Source of the DNA: an uncultured bacterium
GTDB lineage: Bacteria > Macinerneyibacteriota > Macinerneyibacteria > Macinerneyibacteriales > DSCS01
Length of the DNA: 31,178 bases
NCBI GenBank assembly: GCA_964548195.1
Contig: CAZJQC010000011.1
Coordinates: forward strand, 1-31,178
Reading direction: 5' to 3'
Every line of letters starts with the position of its first letter. The first letter of the stretch is position 1. The notes beneath the pieces were generated by a model. That model worked only from the letters and a program-made list of their open reading frames with translations. It was not told the DNA's origin and did no database searches. The translations under genes were made by a program, and so were the position numbers. Positions 26,722-31,178 of the stretch are shown here, piece by piece.

Positions 26722-28458
26722 TTAGAATATGTGACCCAGCACAAAATGTAAAGTGCCTTTATCCTTAAAATCTCTGAAACCGTAATCTGAGCGTATAACT
26801 ATAAATGGAAGGACGAACCTCAGCCCCGCTCCGTAAGTGACCAGCGGGTCGTCGTCCCCAAGCTGACCGTCTTCTGTCGCGGCGAATCCCGCGTCAAAAA
26901 AAACAGCGCCCCACAATGTCTTGTAAAAACGCTGTCTTAACTCCGCATTCCCCACAATCACCGAATAAAAATCATCGCCGATCTCTTTATAATCATATCC
27001 CCGTATGTCAAAAGCGCCTCCCATCGAGAACAACTCATCGTATGGAGGGTTGATGATGCCGGAGACCCTGCCTATTTTTTTGTATGAGCCGTGCAGCACC
27101 GCAAGCGTCGCCCCCTTTTTCAAATACTTGTAATATGCGGCGTCGGCGATAAGTTTCATGTAATTAAAATCGCCTTCCATGAAGCCGCCATTGATGTATA
27201 TGCCGCCTGAAAGATAATAACCGGATATCGTCGGGTGTATTTTGTTGTCGAGATCATCAAAATAGAGATTCAAAAACAGCGAGTTCGTGATCAGCCATTC
27301 ATTCAAAGATATGTCAATGCTCTCATCGTACAGCTCGGAATAATAATTCAGTTTTTTTTCATACCCCGATATAATATAATCATTTTTTCCAAGGTCTTTG
27401 CGCCCGAACAATTTAAAGGACAATTCGTTTTTCAACCCCTTGTCCTCTTTTTCATTCAATATCGAGGTGACAAATCCCAGATTGAGTTTGTTGTCCCAGA
27501 CCCATCTTGTGGTATAAGCCATATCCAGTTCAACAAGATGGTTGTCGTTTTCAAAATCCACCTCGTTGTTGTTGCTGAATGTAAGTGTATGAAGCTTGTT
27601 CCAGAGATTGTAATCGCCCCACTCAAACCCGATGCGTCCGACCGCCGGAGACGTATAACCGAACTCCACGCCGACCCATTTGAAACGGCCCTCTGTGATC
27701 TCGACGATAATATTGACAATCCCATTCTGATCCGCCAATTTGATGTTTATATCTTCAAATATTCCAAGTGAATACAGTATGCGTTGAAATTCACGGACTT
27801 TGCGCATATCAAACAGACGTCCTTGGACAAATGGCGCCTCACGTGTCACATATTTTACCGGTATATGTTCCAGCCCGACGCAGTATATCTCCCCGAAGTG
27901 AAACAAGGCGCCCGGATCTTCCCTTATATCCAAAGCCACCGAATCCGCGCCGATATCCCGTTTGTCTATCACTATTTCAGGGTACAGGTAGCCTCGCTGC
28001 TGATAATACTCGGTCAACTCGATCTTAATGGTGTCATTGATGCGTTTTGACCATCTTTTCTTCAAAAATGATTTCGACAACTCTTTTGCTTTTTTGCCCT
28101 TTGCGTTGATCTCATCGATGATCTGGGGTTCATTTTCCACGATCTCTATGACGATCTCAATGCCTTCTTCGGCGGGCATATATGAACCGCTGATCAGAGC
28201 GTTGGGGAAACCGGATTCTGTATAGAAACTCTTTATATTGTCTATGTCATCGTAGAAAATATAGGAATAAAAGACTTTGCCTTCGGTAAGTCTTATCCTG
28301 TCGACGATCAGTTTTCTTTTGATCAGCCGGTTTCCGGTGATCGAAATGGAACCGACCGTCGAACTATCGGAAAAAGTCACCTGTCGGAAAAATAATAAAA
28401 TTAAGAAAAAAACGGGTAACCGTATTAAACGGATAAGGTTTTCCCGGCTTTTATACAT
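26722..28458 (-). CDS. Omp85 family outer-membrane protein (BamA/TamA-like, about 3 POTRA domains)
   Basis: POTRA-like segments ([27 protein letters not shown]), the L6 motif [16 protein letters not shown] and a terminal Phe. Start uncertain (ATG 28458 or TTG 28467). Confidence 0.88.
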   Translation of the reverse strand: MYKSRENLIRLIRLPVFFLILLFFRQVTFSDSSTVGSISITGNRLIKRKLIVDRIRLTEGKVFYSYIFYDDIDNIKSFYTESGFPNALISGSYMPAEEGIEIVIEIVENEPQIIDEINAKGKKAKELSKSFLKKRWSKRINDTIKIELTEYYQQRGYLYPEIVIDKRDIGADSVALDIREDPGALFHFGEIYCVGLEHIPVKYVTREAPFVQGRLFDMRKVREFQRILYSLGIFEDINIKLADQNGIVNIIVEITEGRFKWVGVEFGYTSPAVGRIGFEWGDYNLWNKLHTLTFSNNNEVDFENDNHLVELDMAYTTRWVWDNKLNLGFVTSILNEKEDKGLKNELSFKLFGRKDLGKNDYIISGYEKKLNYYSELYDESIDISLNEWLITNSLFLNLYFDDLDNKIHPTISGYYLSGGIYINGGFMEGDFNYMKLIADAAYYKYLKKGATLAVLHGSYKKIGRVSGIINPPYDELFSMGGAFDIRGYDYKEIGDDFYSVIVGNAELRQRFYKTLWGAVFFDAGFAATEDGQLGDDDPLVTYGAGLRFVLPFIVIRSDYGFRDFKDKGTLHFVLGHIF

Positions 28459-28613
28459 TTCGTACAAGCATAGGTCTTTTTTTTCTCGCCGTTTTCGCTT
28501 ATTGTCACCTTCTGAAGATTAGGCATAAACCTTCTTCTGGTCTTGTTGTGCGAATGGCTGACGGTATTACCGGTCATAGCTTGTTTACCACAAAAATAAC
28601 ATATCCTACTCAT
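28425..28613 (-). CDS. rpmB: 50S ribosomal protein bL28 (zinc-ribbon form)
   Basis: [10 protein letters not shown]...[20 protein letters not shown]...[15 protein letters not shown]. Confidence 0.97.
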   Translation of the reverse strand: MSRICYFCGKQAMTGNTVSHSHNKTRRRFMPNLQKVTISENGEKKKTYACTKCIKAGKTLSV

Positions 28614-28641
28614 AATGATCCGTCCTCCTGTTTACGCCGGT

Positions 28642-28669
28642 ATAATAACAGCATTATTTTATTTATCAA
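28642..28669 (-). promoter_or_regulatory. Promoter for rpmB
   Basis: TTGATA-N16-TATTAT with an extended -10 TG and a GC-rich discriminator (ACCGGCG). Confidence 0.7.
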
Positions 28670-29075
28670 GCATTATTTCATCGGTTTCTTTTTTGGATTC
28701 TTCCCAAAGCCGTTCCATGAGGGGCAGATGTTCAGGCGAAAGAGTCATGCCCAGCGACCGGAAACCCTCGGCTACATACTGAAATCTCCTCATAAATTTG
28801 CGGTTCGTCTTCTCCAGGCATTCGGCCGGGTCCGCGGAGAGCCGTCTGCAAAGATTGAGTACTGAGAATATAAGGTCTCCGACCTCATTTTCGACACCGG
28901 CCTCGCATCCGGCGTCCAACTCCGCCCTTATCTCTTCGGTCTCCTCGACTATCTTCAGCAGGACACCTTCATGGTCCGCCCAGTCAAAACCAGCTCCACA
29001 CACGACTCCCTGTATGTAGAGTGCCCGTTTAAAAGGGTCCTCGTCCTTGTCAATGCCGCTGAAGTAGTCATTCAT
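28659..29075 (-). CDS. Single-domain MazG-like nucleotide pyrophosphohydrolase
   Basis: GFDW, KIVEETEE, EVGDLIFSVLNLCR and NRKFMRRF match the MazG C-terminal domain pattern. Confidence 0.85.
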   Translation of the reverse strand: MNDYFSGIDKDEDPFKRALYIQGVVCGAGFDWADHEGVLLKIVEETEEIRAELDAGCEAGVENEVGDLIFSVLNLCRRLSADPAECLEKTNRKFMRRFQYVAEGFRSLGMTLSPEHLPLMERLWEESKKETDEIMLDK

Positions 29076-29749
29076 ATCCTGATCTCATCTCCGGGCTTCA
29101 TGTATATGCCCTCCATCCCCCGGTCCTTGATCTTTTTCACGAACTCTTCGGGGGATGCCGATATCACTTCAAATGTATTGAAATGTATGGGGATCACATT
29201 TCTCGGCCTTATCATCTCGGCAGCCTTCAAGGCGTCATCCACATCCATCGTGAAATTCCCCCCTATGGGCAGAAAGGCATAATCTACAGAATAGTCCCTC
29301 AGCAAACGCATATCCATGGTAAGGGCGGTGTCTCCCGCAAAATAGAAGCGTATGCCTTCAGTCTCCCACAAAAATCCGCATGGGTTTCCCATGTAATGGA
29401 TCTCGTGTTTGGTGATAAGCCCGCTTCCGTGCACCGCATTGACCAACTTTACCCAGCCAAAGTCGAAACCGAATTTTCCGCCTATATGCATCGGATGCGT
29501 CTGCACATCCTGCCAACCGCACCATGTGGCCAATTCATACGGCCCTATTATTACGGCGCCGCTTCTTTTCGCGAAGTCTATGGCATCGCCCAGATGATCG
29601 CCATGCCCGTGTGAGAGAAATATGTAATCCGGAGAAAATTCATATTGTTTCCCGCGGGCCCAGGGGTTTCCCGTGATAAAAGGATCCACCAGAATATTTT
29701 TTTCCCCTTTGAAATACAGCGCCGAATGCCCCACATATAAGACTTCCAA
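29072..29749 (-). CDS. UPF0173 metal-dependent hydrolase (MBL fold)
   Basis: GHSA, VDPFITGNP, SHGHGDHLGD, AVHGS, FAGDT, LPIGGNFTM and IPIHFNTF; TTG start with GGAGG RBS. Confidence 0.9.
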   Translation of the reverse strand: MEVLYVGHSALYFKGEKNILVDPFITGNPWARGKQYEFSPDYIFLSHGHGDHLGDAIDFAKRSGAVIIGPYELATWCGWQDVQTHPMHIGGKFGFDFGWVKLVNAVHGSGLITKHEIHYMGNPCGFLWETEGIRFYFAGDTALTMDMRLLRDYSVDYAFLPIGGNFTMDVDDALKAAEMIRPRNVIPIHFNTFEVISASPEEFVKKIKDRGMEGIYMKPGDEIRI

Positions 29750-29759
29750 AACGCCCTCC

Positions 29760-31178
29760 TTATTCCTCGATCACATACGGAAACAGGGCCAGCGGCCTGA
29801 AAGTCTCCATATTATCCATAAGATAATCGCTGATACCCCGCAAGCGGGTGGAGCCCATGCTTTCTTTTAAAGCTTCAAAAAAGGATTTTTTCTTGGGATA
29901 TTCGGTCACCATTATGTTTTTGACGCCCAGTTCCTCTTTCATGGCGTCTATAGTGTCCTTAAGTGTACCGATCTCATCCACAAGGCCTGCTTTTTCAGCC
30001 TGAAGTCCCGCATATACCCTGCCCTGAGCGACCCGTTCCACTTCCGTCATCGACATACCTCTTCCGAGAGAGACTTTTGTCTTGAACTCCTCGTATGTCC
30101 CGGTCATCGAGGTCTTCATCAGCCGGGCCTCTTCAGAGGTCATCTTGCGGGCAGGGTTCCCGAATCCGGAATACTTGCCGCCCGAGATCTCTTCATTTCT
30201 GATATTAAGTTTTTCCGAAAGCAATGCCTGATAGTTGGGGATCATAGCGACAACCCCTATTGAGCCTGATATCGATGCAAGGTTCGAAAAGATCTTTTTC
30301 GCCGGCGCGGATATGTAATATCCGCCCGAGGCTGCGACACGGCCAAAGGAGACGTACAACGGCTTGGCATCGGCGGCATCGCTTACCGCTTTCCACATGA
30401 TGTTGCTCGCCAGGGCGCTTCCGCCCGGGCTGTCGACTCTGATGACTATACCCTTTATCTTCTCGTCTTCGGCCGCCTTGCGCACCTGCTCGACAAATGT
30501 CTTTTCCCCCAGATATTTCTCATAACCCGAGAACGGGCTGAAAGACCGTTTGCTCCGGCCCATTACTATGGTGCCTTCTGCATAGATAAGGGCGATCTTA
30601 TCTCTGTACATGTTTTCACGTACCGAGTCGGCATAGTCGAATATCGAGACCCTGGATTTCTTTTCTATGCCGTGCTTTTTATAAAACTCATCCTCATACA
30701 TGACTGTGTCAATAATACCTTTTTTGACGCAATCCTCAGGCGAGATCAGAAAGTAGCCCCCCGCAAGCATGTTTCTGCGAAAATCCCCATCGTCAAAGCC
30801 GCGCTCGGCGGAGACCTTGGCGATGAACAGGTCCTGTATCGAGTCAAAGAACGTGGTGAGGTTCTCGCGCAGGAAGGACGACATCCTCTCCTCGGAATAA
30901 TTCTCGCCGGTTCCCTTGTAAGCGCCTATGTGTATTACCTTGAAATCAACACCTATCTTATCAAAAAGGCCTTTGTAAAACAGGTTGGAATAATGATACC
31001 CCTTTATATCCACAAAAGACGACTCTGACGGCACCATGGCGATTTCATCCGCCATCGAGGCCAGATAATAGCCCGATTTATCGATGCTCGATAAATAGGC
31101 CAATATTTTCTTTCCGTTCTTTTTGTTCTTTTCAAGTATTTTGCCGATCTCTTCGGCCTGCGACAGAGGCAGGCTCGC
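29760..31178 (-). CDS. sppA: Signal peptide peptidase SppA (67K tandem-domain type; 5' end lies outside the window)
   Basis: Frame is open to the window edge. GAYKG (catalytic Lys region), RVDSPGGSA, AASGGYYI (catalytic Ser), GSIGV and GLVDEIG. Confidence 0.93.
   Translation of the reverse strand, partial: ASLPLSQAEEIGKILEKNKKNGKKILAYLSSIDKSGYYLASMADEIAMVPSESSFVDIKGYHYSNLFYKGLFDKIGVDFKVIHIGAYKGTGENYSEERMSSFLRENLTTFFDSIQDLFIAKVSAERGFDDGDFRRNMLAGGYFLISPEDCVKKGIIDTVMYEDEFYKKHGIEKKSRVSIFDYADSVRENMYRDKIALIYAEGTIVMGRSKRSFSPFSGYEKYLGEKTFVEQVRKAAEDEKIKGIVIRVDSPGGSALASNIMWKAVSDAADAKPLYVSFGRVAASGGYYISAPAKKIFSNLASISGSIGVVAMIPNYQALLSEKLNIRNEEISGGKYSGFGNPARKMTSEEARLMKTSMTGTYEEFKTKVSLGRGMSMTEVERVAQGRVYAGLQAEKAGLVDEIGTLKDTIDAMKEELGVKNIMVTEYPKKKSFFEALKESMGSTRLRGISDYLMDNMETFRPLALFPYVIEE

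Overview
This is chromosomal DNA from a diderm (Omp85/TamB-encoding), probably anaerobic, amino-acid-fermenting bacterium; I cannot assign the lineage from the sequence alone. Almost all genes are on the minus strand. They are greA-rnfCDGE' (rnfE runs off the left edge), an acyl-CoA synthetase, yebC-ruvC-ruvA-ruvB-queH-ridA-mobB-yajC, lysine 6-aminotransferase, DUF1015-pta-aspartate aminotransferase, a Wtp/Mod-type ABC ATPase plus permease with no binding protein, an atypical CcrA-like metallo-beta-lactamase-fold protein, a DUF4139 protein, tryptophanase followed 6 nt later by tRNA-Thr, rpmB-Omp85(TamA-like)-tamB, and sppA'-UPF0173 hydrolase-half MazG. The plus strand carries a tRNA cluster (Pro, Arg, His, Lys) and a dus gene. 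Three observations stand out. (1) The CcrA-like protein has His116->Arg and Cys221->Asn, lacks the L3 flap and has a ~120-aa extra C-terminal domain. (2) That gene lies between two degenerate 65-nt direct repeats that duplicate the 5' end of the ABC ATPase gene, which looks like an insertion scar. (3) Ten of the eleven sigma70-like promoters I could find have a 16-nt spacer instead of the canonical 17; the exception is the tRNA promoter. I saw no CRISPR array, transposase or integrase.
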